Assembly: GCA_963765675.1 (NCBI GenBank)
Contig: CAVXXK010000001.1
Location: 448,001-512,000 of the forward strand
Direction: 5' to 3'
Source of the DNA: an uncultured delta proteobacterium
GTDB taxonomy: Bacteria; Desulfobacterota; Binatia; Binatales; Binataceae
Length of the DNA: 64,000 nucleotides
Positions within the stretch are counted from its first letter, which is position 1, and every line of letters starts with the position of its first letter. The position numbers and the translations under genes were made by a program. The notes beneath the pieces are model-generated. The model was not told the origin of the DNA and searched no databases. It worked only from the letters and a program-made list of their open reading frames with translations. Shown in pieces: positions 39,788 through 51,314 of this stretch.

Positions 39788-41311
39788 TTCGTGCGTTTGG
39801 CTGAAGTTTCCTTTTCGTATTCCGATTCGATTCCTATCCTGCGCGATGTGAGTATCCAGCTCGCGCCCGGATGGACCGGCGTGGTCGGCCCGAACGGCGC
39901 CGGCAAGACGACGCTTATCCGTTTGATCTCGGGAGAACTCGAACCGGCGCGCGGCCATGTGCGAATCGACCCGCCGTCGGTATCGAAATCAATTCGCGTC
40001 TGCGCCCAAACCGCGCTCAAGATCTCGCCCGCGATCGCGGCGTTCGCCCGCGCCAGTGACGGCGTCGCACGGCGCCTCCACGGCGAGCTTGCGCTCGAGC
40101 CCGCGGCGCTCGAAAGATGGCCTACGCTGTCGCCGGGTGAGCGCAAGCGCTGGCAAGTCGGCGCGGCACTCGCATCGGAACCGGCAGTGCTGATTCTTGA
40201 TGAGCCGACCGACCATCTTGACGCCGACGCACGCGGCCTGCTGCTCGACGCACTCCGCCGCTTTCGCGGAATTGGAATTGTCGTCTCGCACGACCGCGTG
40301 ATGCTCGAGCATCTCACGACATATACCGTGCGGGTGCACGACGGCGCCGCGCGAATCTGGCGCGGAGCGTACGGTGACGCGAAGCGCGCGTGGGAGGCCG
40401 AGGAGCGCGAGTATCACGCCTCGTTCGAGCGGCTCAAGCATGAGCGCGATAAGCTGAGGCGCCGCCTCGCCGACAAGCGGCGAATCGCGCAGTCCGCGGC
40501 GGCCGACTGGAGCGCCGGCGCGGGCCAGAGGATGCGCGGGCCGCGCGACCATGATGCGACCAGCATGATGGCGAAGGGGAAATCCGAGATGGCGTCGGCG
40601 CGGCTGTCGCGCGATGTCGGGAATTTGCGCCGCGGCGTCGATCGGGTCGAAGAGCGCCTCGGCGAGTTCGAGTTCCGTAAAGACAAGGGCCGCGCGTTGT
40701 TTGTCGATTACGTTCCCGCGCCGATGAGCCGCATCTTCGCGCTCGACGAAAACGAAATCATGGCGGGCTCGAAACGCGTGCTCGAAGAGGTTCATGTTGT
40801 CGTCGGGCGCGCGAGCAAAATCCGCGTCGCAGGACCCAACGGCGCGGGCAAGACCACGCTACTCGGCGCGATGCTGCGTGCGGCGCGTCTGCCGCGCGAG
40901 CGTGTGATGTTCCTGCCGCAGGAACTGACCGACGCCGACGGCGCCGCGATGCTCGCGGCGGTACGCACGCTCAGCGCTGAAGCTCGCGCGCGGGTGCTGA
41001 CGCTCGCGGCAGCGCTCGGAGTCGATCCCGAGCGGATTCTCGGTTCGCAATCGCCGTCGCCCGGAGAGGCGCGCAAACTTGCGCTCGCGTACGGCCTCGG
41101 CAGGCAGGTCTGGGCGTGCGTCCTCGATGAACCGACCAATCATCTCGATATGCCCGCGATCGAACGGCTCGAAGAAGCTCTCGCGGGGTATCCAGGCGCG
41201 CTCGTGATCGTCACGCATGACGACCCTCTCGCGGCGCTCACGACTCGCGAGCAATGGACGATCGAAAACGGCCGGATCGAAGTCGCTTCCAGCGACGGCG
41301 CAGAGCAATAG
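39785..41311 (+). CDS. ABC-F family ATPase
   Basis: Two NBDs (GPNGAGKTT twice, SPGE twice, DEPTDHLD and DEPTNHLD), long helical linker, no TM segments. Confidence 0.88.
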   Translation: MFVRLAEVSFSYSDSIPILRDVSIQLAPGWTGVVGPNGAGKTTLIRLISGELEPARGHVRIDPPSVSKSIRVCAQTALKISPAIAAFARASDGVARRLHGELALEPAALERWPTLSPGERKRWQVGAALASEPAVLILDEPTDHLDADARGLLLDALRRFRGIGIVVSHDRVMLEHLTTYTVRVHDGAARIWRGAYGDAKRAWEAEEREYHASFERLKHERDKLRRRLADKRRIAQSAAADWSAGAGQRMRGPRDHDATSMMAKGKSEMASARLSRDVGNLRRGVDRVEERLGEFEFRKDKGRALFVDYVPAPMSRIFALDENEIMAGSKRVLEEVHVVVGRASKIRVAGPNGAGKTTLLGAMLRAARLPRERVMFLPQELTDADGAAMLAAVRTLSAEARARVLTLAAALGVDPERILGSQSPSPGEARKLALAYGLGRQVWACVLDEPTNHLDMPAIERLEEALAGYPGALVIVTHDDPLAALTTREQWTIENGRIEVASSDGAEQ

Positions 41312-41377
41312 CCGAATTGCGACGACTCCGCTGCGCATCTACCATCGGTCGCATCTTGCGCCGCGGAGGTAGTTGCG

Positions 41378-42728
41378 ATGCCCACGGACCTTGGACTCAT
41401 CGACACGATCGTCATCCTGATGATGGAAAACCGATCGTTCGATCACATGCTCGGCTATCTGAGCCTGCTCGATATGGCGACGGGCAAATGCCGACGATTA
41501 ACGGACTGCGAGACGATCAGGCGTGGCTCGACAAAGTTGCGAATCCAATGGAACGGCGCGAAGTATCTGGCCGGTTCCTATGACGCGAGCCGCAGCATCC
41601 CCGACCCTCCGCACGAGCGCGCAAATATCGCGACGCAACTCGGCGCGCGCGACGGGCACGGAAACTTCGCGCTGGACGGATTCATCACCAGCGCCTCCGG
41701 CGACTCGGACGTGATGAACTATCAGACGCCCGACCAGGTTCCGATGCTCGACTTTTTCGCGAAGAACTTCGCGGATCTGTGACGGATGGTTTTCGGCGTT
41801 CCCGCCAGCACGCAACCAAACCGCCTTATGGCAATGAGCGGGTATACTCTGATCGAATGGCAACACCCGCTGCTGCCCGACCAGACGCTCGTGTACGACT
41901 GGCTGACAATCACGATATGCGGTGGCGCGTGTATCACCAGGGCGTGTTTCCGTTCTTCACGATGATGCCGAGATGGGTTCCTTAGACGCCTGGTGACAGT
42001 TTCAAGCGGATCGAGCACCTCGCCGATGGATTTCCAGCTCGAAGCGGACGCCACGCTCCCGCAGGTGATCTTCATCGAGCCGACGTACAACGACTCGCCC
42101 GCACAATCAGGGTGAAGGCACGGACGATCATTCGATCTCGTCGGTGTATGGCGGCCAGCAACTGATGCACACGTGTACATGGCGATGGCGCGGACGCAGC
42201 GCTGGCGCAATTGCTCGATGCTGATCGTCACCGTACGACGAGCACGGCGGATTTTTGGATCACGACAGCCGCTCGCGCTGGAGACCGCTTGTCGATGGTC
42301 GATGGCCCGCGTTTCGAGCTCGGGATTGCGCGTGCCGGGAATTATCGCGTCGCCATTCGTTTCCGCCGGGAACAGCTGTCATTACAATTTCGATCACACT
42401 TCCATCCTGAAATTGCTCGAGTGACAAATTTGGCAACGGCGGCGGATATTCGCCCGAGGTCGATCGACGAAACGTCAACAGCCTGTCCGAGGCATTTGAT
42501 CTTGCCGCGCCGCGCGTACCGATCATCCTGATGCGCCCAGATCCGGCGCCCAATCCTGAACTGCCGGCATCGCCAGCATTCTTCCCACCTCGAACGCCGG
42601 GCCTGACGCGTCGCATCATGCGGCTCGAGATGCTGAAGACCAATCACCCGCACGAACTGGCGAGCAAGTTTCCCGAGAAGCTCAGGAACTGGACTCTGAT
42701 CGCGATCTCGTTTACTCGAATCGTGTGA
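41378..42728 (+). pseudogene. phospholipase C / phosphoesterase pseudogene
   Basis: IVILMMENRSFDHMLG, DPPHE, TQPNRLMAMSG, LPQVIFIEP, GLRVPGIIASPF, FDHTSILK scattered over many frames with stops. Confidence 0.75.
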
Positions 42729-42750
42729 TCCGATGATCGTGTGAGCTACG

Positions 42751-44134
42751 ATGAGCGAGCGGCCGAATATCATTCAGATCGTCGCCGACGATATGGGCTA
42801 CGGCGATTTCTCGTGCTTCAACGGCGATGCCTCCCGCACGCCGACGCTCGATCAGCTCGTGCGCGAGGGATTGTGCCTGACGCAGCATTACTCCGCCTCT
42901 CCCGTGTGCGCGCCGGCGCGCGCGTCGCTGATGACCGGGCGCTATCCGCATCGCACCGGAGTGCTCGACACGCTCGAGATTCGCGGGCTGGATCGGCTGG
43001 CGCTGCGCGAGCGCACCGTCGCGGATTTTCTCGCGCGCGCGAGCTACGTCACCGGGCTGGTCGGCAAATGGCACAACGGCGCGTTCGACGCACGCTATCA
43101 TCCGAACCGCCGCGGCTTCGCCGAGTTCGCCGGATTCTCCGGCGGATGGCATCCCTACTGGCAATGGCGGATTGATCACAATGGCTCCACGAGCCAATCC
43201 GACGGCCGCTACCTGACGGACGTCTTCACGGACGAGGCGGTCGAGTTTTTGCGGCGGCATCGCCGCGAAAAGTTTTTTCTCCATCTCGCGTACAACGCGC
43301 CGCACTTCCCGTTCGAGGCGCCCGAGGCGGAGCTGCGTCCTTTCATCGAGAGCGGAAAATTCACGACCGCCGTCAGCGCGATCTACGCGATGCTGCATGC
43401 GATGGATCGCGGGGTCGCGCGCGTGCTCGAGGAGCTCGACTCGCTCGGCCTTGCGAACAACACGCTCGTGATGTTCACCAGCGACAATGGCCCGCAGTTC
43501 GGCGGCAAGGGCGACAATTGCACCGATCGCTTCAACTGCGGTTTCGCCGGCTCGAAGCTGTATGTCTATGAGGGCGGAATCCGGCTGCCGATGGTGCTGC
43601 GATGGCCGGCGGGAATCGCGGGCGGCCGCACGCTCGACGCAATGTTTCATTTCACCGACTGGATGCCGACGTTGCTCGCCGCGGCAGGCACCGAAGCGCC
43701 GCGCGATTTGAAGCTCGACGGGATAAACGTGCTGCCTCTGCTTGCGGGCGAACGCGGCAAGGTGCCGGAAGAACGCTTCTGGCAATGGAATCGCTACGAG
43801 CCCGACGGCGAATGCAACGCCGCGATGCGCGACGGAAAGTGGAAGCTGGTGCGGCCGGCGATCCGCGAATTGATGTCGATTACCTCCGAAGATTTTCGTT
43901 CCGATGTCCGCTCGAAATACGCGCCCGATAGTTTTACGGAGATCGATCGCTCGCCGATTCCCGAGCGCAAGCGCGGCGCCGCGCCGCCCGCTGCAACTGT
44001 TCGACATCGAAAACGATCCGATGGAGCAAAATGATCTTGCGGCTTCCGATCCGGAGCGCGTCGCGCGGATGAGCGCGTCGCTTGCGCGATGGTTCGAGGA
44101 GGTCGAGCAGGAGCGGCGCACCATTCGCGATTAG
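42751..44134 (+). CDS. arylsulfatase (frameshift near 43985)
   Basis: PNIIQIVADDMG, CAPARASLMTG (CxPxR), GKWH, SDNG, YEGGIR. Confidence 0.9.
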
Positions 44135-44136
44135 GC

Positions 44137-45589
44137 TCACAGCCGCTCCAGGAGCGGTGGCCATCGATGCGCCCACGGGCATGCGGCCTCGAACGCCGCC
44201 GACGCCTGCAGCACCATCGCGTCGTCGAGATGACGTCCGATGATCTGCAGGCCGACCGGCAGTCCGTCTTTGGTAAATCCAGCGGGTACGGTCGCAGCGG
44301 GCTGACCTGTCAGATTCGCGATAATCGTAAACGCGAGAAAACTTTCGGGCCGCACGTAACGCCCGGCAATCTTGTCGGGCCCCTGCATCAGAATTGGAAA
44401 TGGCGGCACGCACGTCGTCGGCGTCAGCAGCAGATCGTATTTCGCCATGAAGCGCGCCATGTGATTGGCGAGGGTCTTGCGTCCGATGTTCGCGTCGGTC
44501 AATTCCTCGGCGCTCCACGGCCGCATTGATCAGGTCGACCATGTGCGAAGACATCTGCGCGCCGTGCTCCGCGATCATCTTGCGCATCCCGCGCAGATCG
44601 GTCTCGGCGACCATCGTCGCGGCGAACACCATCGCAGGATCGCTCCAGCCGGGATTGACCTCTTCGACTGAGCATCCGAGATCGCGCTCGAAGACCCGCG
44701 CCGCGTCATGCGCGATTTGCGCGACCTCGGGATCGACGGCGGCATAGCCCCAGTCCGCACTGTAGGCAACGCGCTTGCCGCGCAAATCTCCAGCGCGGGC
44801 GCATCCGCGCCAGTCAATACCCTCGCTAGGACGGCTCTGCCGGTCGCGCGGATCAGGTCCGATGATCGCCGACAGCATCAGCGCCGCGTCGGCGACGGTG
44901 CGCGCGAGCGGTCCGTAGCATTCGATCGATTCCCATCCGGAAGCTCCTGGATAGCGCTCGTCGCGCGAGCCGGGGTAGAGCGGAATACGCCCGAAGGACG
45001 GCTTGATTCCGTAGAGTCCGCAGAAGGATGCGGGAATCCGCACCGAGCCACCACCGTCGCTGCCGAGCGCGAGAGGGGCAACGCCCGCGGCGACCGCCGC
45101 GCCTGCGCCCGCGCTCGAGCCGCCGGGCGTCATCGCGAGGTTCCACGGATTGCGCGTGGTCTCGAAGAGCGGATTGTGCCCGGTCGCGCTGTAGCCGAAT
45201 TCCGCGGTGTTGGTCTTGCCGATAATGATCGCGCCGGCGGCGCGCAGCCGCTCGACCGCGATATCGTCTTCATCGGGAGTGAAATTTCGATACGCGACCG
45301 AACCGGAAGTCGTGCGAATACCGCGAGTGAAGATCAAATCCTTGATATGGACTGGAACGCCGGCGAGCGGCCCGGCGTCGCGGCCCGCCGAAATTTCCGC
45401 TTCGATTCGTTTCGCTTCCGCACGCGCGAGTTCGGGAGTCGGCGTGCAGAAGGCGTGCAAATGAGGCTCGACGCGATTCATGCGCTCGAGGATCGCGTCG
45501 ATAACCTCGACCGGCGAGAGTCTGCGCGCGCGAACCGCGTCAGCGAGCTGCACCGCATTCATCGCGCAGATTTCTTTGCCGGCAGCCAC
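44137..45589 (-). CDS. amidase signature family protein (frameshift near 44525)
   Basis: GKTNTAEFG, GGSSAG, GSDGGGSVRIPASFCG; C-terminal GLPVGLQIIG in ORF 44137-44526. Confidence 0.9.
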
Positions 45590-45595
45590 CTGAGG

Positions 45596-46728
45596 CTATT
45601 TGATCCTCGAAAAGAACTTGAGCGCGTTGTCGCAGAGGATCGCGCGCTTCTCGGCGGCGTCGATACGCGAGTTGTTGACTACCAGCTCGGCGGCGTCAGG
45701 GAACTCGGCGTCGAAATGCGGATAGTCAGACGCCCACATCACGCGTTCGACGCCGATCATCCGCATCGCCTCGGGCAGCAATCCTCGTCGGCGTCAAAGG
45801 TGTAGAAGCATCGCGGGCCGCGCATGTGCTCGCTCGGCTTGCGCGAAAGGTGCGGAGTGTGGCGCGCGAAGTGTTTGTAGTGGCCATCCATCCGCTCGGC
45901 CCACCACGGCACCCACGACAGCCCGCCCTCGAAGAATCCGAGCATCAGCTTCGGATGGCGCTCGAGCAGGCCGCCGCCGATCGCCGCGCCCATCGCGCGC
46001 ATCTGATGCCACACGTGGCCGGTCAGATGCATCAGGAACATGTTGTTGCCGACGTCTTCGCGGCCGGGCGCGAAGGGCGGACGATCGGTGCCGCCGTGAA
46101 AGCATAGCGGCAGACCATTGGCGGCGGCGGCGCGATAGAACGGATCGAAATACGGATGGTCGGCGAGCATCCCGTCGAGATTTCCGAAGGTCATAATTCC
46201 GACCGCCCACGGCTCGCGCGCGAGATACTCGACCTCGGCTACGCAGGTCTCCATCGTGCGTTGGGGAACGATGCCGACCGCCTTGATGCGCGCTGGCGCG
46301 GCGGAGCAGTACTCGCCGATCCATCGGTTGTACGCGCGCGCGAGCGCCGCTTCCATCGCGGGGTCGGCGACGCCGCATACGGAGGTCGCGACGGTCGCGA
46401 AGCACACGGCGACATCGATTCCCTCCTTGTCCATATCGATGATGCGTTCTTTGGGATCGAGGCCGCCGGTCGGAGAGGCGAGCGGATGATTCTTGCCCGA
46501 AGGAAATTTGCCGAGTCCCGGAACCTCGTCGCGCTCGCCCAGCGGACGCTCGGCGCTGCGCCACTTCGGATGGATAGCGGGCACGATGCCGAGGTTGCCG
46601 ACGCCCGTGCGCGTGAGCATCGCGTCGGCGGCGGCACGGAACTTCGGATCGATATGCGTGGTGTAGAGCGAGGCGGGCTCGGTGACGTGTCCGTCGGCGT
46701 CGATAATTCTGAATCCAGCTAATGACAT
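45596..46728 (-). CDS. amidohydrolase family 2 protein (frameshift near 45780)
   Basis: IIDADGHV, AYNRW, FEGG; C-terminal MWASDYPH in ORF 45596-45781. Confidence 0.88.
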
Positions 46729-46795
46729 CGCTATTGCACCGGGCGGGATTCTCGCCGGTGAGGGACGAATCTGTCAATTAAAACTGTGTTTTTGC

Positions 46796-47097
46796 GGTGG
46801 GTTCGTTCAAGAGATTTTAGATCTGACGATCGGAAAAATCCCTTGAAAACGCTTAAGAATTTCACATCAATGATGAGTTTGATATAGTTTTTCGCATTCT
46901 TTAGAGCCCACCCTCTTACTTTAGCAGAATGCGAATCATTAAGCTACTGCTCGCTGAAGCGATGCATGGATGGGAGTCGGTTCGGCAGTTCGGGAATTTG
47001 GTTCCATTTAATTTATTTTGCGCGAAGCGGCCGCGAAGGTAAGGCTGAACAGTTCAGCCATGAATCAATCCGGCAAAAAACCTAACGCTTGTTAGGT
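46796..47097 (+). repeat. dispersed intergenic element, copy 2
   Basis: Same motifs and spacing as 22654-23056. Confidence 0.75.
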
Positions 47098-47149
47098 GGC
47101 TAAGGATCGGCTACGGATTTCACAGTTGCGCGCGTTCTGCGCTCTCGAC

Positions 47150-47367
47150 TGTCATTCCGAGCCGTAGGCGAGGAATCCCGAGGCGGCCGTGCTGTGACCT
47201 ATGCCCACGTGCAGTGCCCTCTCGTACGGGATTCCTCGCGCGGCAGCCACGCGCGGGAATGACACCGTAAGACGTTCGCCAGGGATTTCCTTCGGCCTCG
47301 CTCACGACAGGCTCTCGCGCGGCAGCCGGAGCCTGCCCTGAGCCTGCCGAAGGGCGCGGGAATGACA
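47150..47367. repeat. composite REP cluster, copy B (partial)
   Basis: GTCATTCCGAGCC..GCGAGGAATCCC, two CGCGGGAATGAC ends, nested GAGCCTGCCCTGAGCCTGCCGAAGG. Confidence 0.8.
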
Positions 47368-47477
47368 GACCGACATTGCGCGATGGAAGGACAGTTGCGC
47401 CCCCGGTTGCGCGTTGGGGGTTCGGCTGAAACAATGCAGCAACTCGGCCGCGCCGTGCGGCTTGTCATTCTTTTGCG

Positions 47478-48531
47478 ATGCGCCGCGTCGAAACCATCCT
47501 GATCGTTCTCGCCGTTGCGTTTTACGTCTGGTTCCTGTCGCATTTCGGCACCCGCGAGGTGCTCGGCTACGTCAAGCTTGCGGGATGGGGCCTCGCGCTG
47601 ACGATCGCGCTGGAAACGGTCTCGCGGATCATGAACACGCTCGGATGGCGAGTCACGATTGCCGAGTATCCGCGCTCGCTCGGACTTGGCGAGCTGTTCT
47701 GTGCGCGAATTGCGGGCGAGGCGATCGACTACGTCACTCCGTCGGCGCAGCTTGGCGGCCAGTTCGTGATGGCGCTGATGGTGCGGCGCAAACTCCGGAT
47801 GCCGCTAGGCCTCGCTACTGTAGTGGTCGCGTCGCTGGCCGAGGCGATCGGGCAGATCATGTTCGTCGTGCGCTGCGCTGCTGATCTCGATACAGATGAT
47901 CCCGGCGGCGCATCGGCTGGTGTGGCCCATCGTCGGCGGACTCGCGATCGCGATCGCGCTGGCGCTCGGATTTTTTTACGTGCAGACCAAGCGGCCGTTT
48001 TCGTACCTGTGGCGTGCGGCGGCGAAATTCGATTTCACGGACTTGAGCCGCTACGACATCAAAGAGTCGGCGGACGAAGCCGACTCGATCCTGCTCGAGT
48101 TCTACGCGCGCCATCGCGTACGCCTGATACTCTCGTGCCTGTGCTACTTCGTCGCGTGGAGCATGGGGCCGGTTGAGATTTTCATCCTGCTGAAGCTGCT
48201 GCATCAGGTGGCGACGGTGCGGGTGGCGCTGCTGGTCGAGGGAGTAGGGTTGCTGATCGAGCGCGCGACATTTCTGATCCCCGCCAAGCTCGTGAGCCAG
48301 GAGGGCGGCAAGGCGCTGATATTGGCGCTGATCGGATATCCGGCGGGAGTTGGCTTTGCGATCGGGTTTCTAAGAAGAATCAAGGAAATGGTGTGGGTGC
48401 TGTTCGGACTGGTCAGTTTGATGCTACATCGGCTGATCGTGGAAGGGGCAAGCGGCGCAGAGCACGCGCTGTCGGCTCGCAGCGCAAAAGTTCTCGAGAT
48501 GCAGAAGGCTCAAGGAGAGCAAACGTTATGA
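47478..48531 (+). CDS. lysylphosphatidylglycerol synthase TM-domain / flippase-like membrane protein (frameshift near 47870)
   Basis: Multi-TM; GEAIDYVTPSAQLGG, IPAKLVSQEGG, LRRIKE. Confidence 0.75.
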
Positions 48532-49331
48532 ATAAGGCAATCGCCATCGTGGCCGGCGTCGCAATGACAATGGCCGCAGCAATTCCCGCGCTCGCAGGCG
48601 TGGTGATCACGCAATCGGAGTCGCGCCAGGGATCGCCGCAGGGTGGATCCCAGCAGCGCGTGCAGACGATTTCGGTTCAGGGTAACAAGGAACGGATCGA
48701 GGGCTCGGACCACGCGATCATCATCGATCTCGACAACGGCCAGATGTTCTACCTTGAACCTACGCAGAAGACCTACGTGCAGTTGCCGTTTCCGCCGACC
48801 GGTCCGATGGCGCAGATGATGGCGCGGGCGGCGGGAGCGATGAACTTCAAGAAGGAATCGACCTCGCGCAAAATCGCCGGCTACGAGTGCAAGGATTATT
48901 CGGCCACCACCACCTCGATGGGCGGCGACGTGTCGATGGTCGATTGCTATTCGAACTCCGCGCCCGGCAGCAAGGAATATGACACGTTCATGAAAGCGTA
49001 CATGGAGAAGTTCAAGTCGACCGGCGCGCAGCCGTCGGGTGACGTTCCCGAAGGAATCCCGCTGGCCTCGGACGCGACCATGAAGATGAACAAGATCAAC
49101 ATCCCGGGTCTATCCGCGGATCAGCAGGCCAAGCTGCAGCAGATGATGGCGAACCGCAAGCCAATCACAACGCAGACAGTGGTGACCAAAATCGCGGTGC
49201 AGAAGATATCCGCCGACCAGTTCGCGGTTCCAGCCGGATACACCAAGCGCGAACTCCCGAAGCCGGGCGACCATGGAATGATGGGCGCGCCCAAGGGAGC
49301 TCCTGCTGCGGCGCCCTCAGCGGCGCATTAG
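48528..49331 (+). CDS. secreted DUF4412-like protein
   Basis: AAGGAG SD, signal peptide, KIAGYEC, FAVPAGY. Confidence 0.7.
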   Translation: MNKAIAIVAGVAMTMAAAIPALAGVVITQSESRQGSPQGGSQQRVQTISVQGNKERIEGSDHAIIIDLDNGQMFYLEPTQKTYVQLPFPPTGPMAQMMARAAGAMNFKKESTSRKIAGYECKDYSATTTSMGGDVSMVDCYSNSAPGSKEYDTFMKAYMEKFKSTGAQPSGDVPEGIPLASDATMKMNKINIPGLSADQQAKLQQMMANRKPITTQTVVTKIAVQKISADQFAVPAGYTKRELPKPGDHGMMGAPKGAPAAAPSAAH

Positions 49332-49415
49332 GCCGCCGCGATCGCGCGCGAGCTGAGAAACAAAGAGCGGGGTCCATTTGGACCCCGCTCGTCATTTCAG
49401 TCAAAGCTCGGAAGG

Positions 49416-50063
49416 TTACATCGAAGCGCGGCGCTCGTCCGATTTGGCCGGGGCCGGCGCGTTGAGCGCGGCGCAGGATTCATAAAGCCATTTCGCCGTC
49501 GAAAGCTCGTCTTCCGCGAACAGCCGCAGCGCTTCCTTGGTTCCCAGGTCATCTTTGAGCAGGGCCGCGAACTCGCAGATCGGCTTGATCGCGTCTTCGG
49601 GCTTGCCCACGCGCTCGACAAACTTGAGCAGCTTCTCGGTATCGGGGACGCGGCGGTCGCCTAGATATGCGGTGAACTTGCGCCCCTCTTCGGTGACGGT
49701 TGCGCGCTGCTCACCGCCAAGCTCTGCAAGTCGCTGCGCGAAGACGCGCGAATGATAGGCCTCGCGCTCGGCGACCATGCGGATTCCGGAGCGGATGCAA
49801 TCTGTGGTGCAGACTTCCGCCCACGCGGCGAACGCCTCTCCGCCGTTGGCCTCGCCCGCGCGGACCTTATCGAGAAAGCTCACCACGGCGGCGCGCTCGC
49901 TCTTGTAACTCTTGCCGAACGCGTGGAAACCGCCCGAGCCGTTACCGTTCATCCCGGTTCCGGATTTCTCGAGCGCCGCAACCTCGGCCTCGAACGTGTG
50001 TTCTCCGATAATTCCGCTGCGGTACGCGCGCAGCAACGCCTTGAATTCAAAATCACGGCTCAT
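49416..50063 (-). CDS. ferritin-like domain protein
   Basis: GGAGG SD; GE...EREAYH...EDE di-iron-like pattern; short N-terminal helical hairpin. Confidence 0.6.
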   Translation of the reverse strand: MSRDFEFKALLRAYRSGIIGEHTFEAEVAALEKSGTGMNGNGSGGFHAFGKSYKSERAAVVSFLDKVRAGEANGGEAFAAWAEVCTTDCIRSGIRMVAEREAYHSRVFAQRLAELGGEQRATVTEEGRKFTAYLGDRRVPDTEKLLKFVERVGKPEDAIKPICEFAALLKDDLGTKEALRLFAEDELSTAKWLYESCAALNAPAPAKSDERRASM

Positions 50064-50262
50064 GTGAAAGTACCTCCAGCCTACAAAAAGTATATTGTGG
50101 ATTAACAAAAGAGCATAGGGCGGCGCGCGTGGGGATGTCAAACCGGTGATCGCCACGATGCCCGGCGGCTTCCATGCCGCGCGTGATTTTCGCATGATGT
50201 CCGCACGTTACGCGGCGCGCGGTTGCGGCCGCGATTGGCACGGACGCGGGAGGATCAGCAAG

Positions 50263-51222
50263 ATGGCCGAGATCAATCATCACTTCGTAAACACCAACGG
50301 CATTCGTATGCACGTCGCCGAGGCGGGCGCCGGATTCCCGGTGGTCATGTGCCACGGCTTCCCGGAGCTGTGGTACTCATGGCGGCATCAACTGAAAGCC
50401 TTGGCGGACGCGGGCTTGCGCGCGATCGCGCCCGACCAGCGCGGCTACGGCGACACCGATTGTCCGGCCGCGATCGAGGCGTACACGCAGAAGCAGATCG
50501 TCGGCGACATAATCGGGATGCTCGACGCGCTCAAGATTGCGCGCTGCGTCATCGTCGGCCACGACTGGGGCGGGATGACCGCGTGGAACGCCGCGATGAT
50601 GCATCCGGCGCGCATCGAGCGCGTGATCGGGATCAACACTCCGTTCCTGCCGCGCGGTCCGATGAAGCCGACCGCGATGATGACGGCGATGGCGGCGGGC
50701 AATTTTCACTACATCTTGTATTTCCAGACCCCCGGAGTCGCGGAGGCGGAGCTCGAGCGCGACGTCGCGCGCACGCTGCGCGGCTTCTACCAGGATCCGC
50801 CCAAGATCGATCCGGCCGCGCTGCGTGCGACCGTGCCCGGCGTGTTCGGACCGGCGGGCGGCGGAATTCTCGACCGGCTCGCCGACGGTCCGCACGGATC
50901 GTTCCTGACCGATGAGGACTTCCAGGTGTTCGTCGCCGGATTCAAGAAGACCGGGTTCCGCGGCGGACTCAACTGGTACCGCAACCTCGATCGCAACTGG
51001 GAAGAGAGCGCGGCGTTCGAGCAGCGCGTCAATGCGCCCGCGCTGATGATCACGGCGGAGCTCGACGTCGTCCTGCGGCCCGAGATGGCCGAAGGGATGA
51101 AGACGTGGGTGCCGAACCTGCGCAAGACCGTGCTGATAAAGGGCTCAGGACATTGGACGCAGCAGGAAAAGCCGGCCGAAGTGAACCGCGCGATGCTCGA
51201 GTTCCTGCGCGACCTGAAATAG
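50263..51222 (+). CDS. epoxide hydrolase-like alpha/beta hydrolase (paralog of 35280)
   Basis: HGFPE, GHDWGG, NWYRN, GHWTQQE. Confidence 0.9.
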   Translation: MAEINHHFVNTNGIRMHVAEAGAGFPVVMCHGFPELWYSWRHQLKALADAGLRAIAPDQRGYGDTDCPAAIEAYTQKQIVGDIIGMLDALKIARCVIVGHDWGGMTAWNAAMMHPARIERVIGINTPFLPRGPMKPTAMMTAMAAGNFHYILYFQTPGVAEAELERDVARTLRGFYQDPPKIDPAALRATVPGVFGPAGGGILDRLADGPHGSFLTDEDFQVFVAGFKKTGFRGGLNWYRNLDRNWEESAAFEQRVNAPALMITAELDVVLRPEMAEGMKTWVPNLRKTVLIKGSGHWTQQEKPAEVNRAMLEFLRDLK

Positions 51223-51314
51223 CGGCGCGCCTGATGAATAGGATTCTGACCGAAGGCTCTCACACGAATGACGAAGGAACGCCCGCAAACTCTCCGAATA
51301 CCTTGGCGGCACTC

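Noticed and set aside
39785-41311. pstB
   Set aside because: Two NBDs with DEPTxHLD mark it as ABC-F, and it is separated from pstA by a REP and its own leader.
47080-47097. Integron attC (ACCTAAC...GTTAGGT)
   Set aside because: R boxes are only 4 nt apart with no L boxes, no cassette ORF and no integrase.
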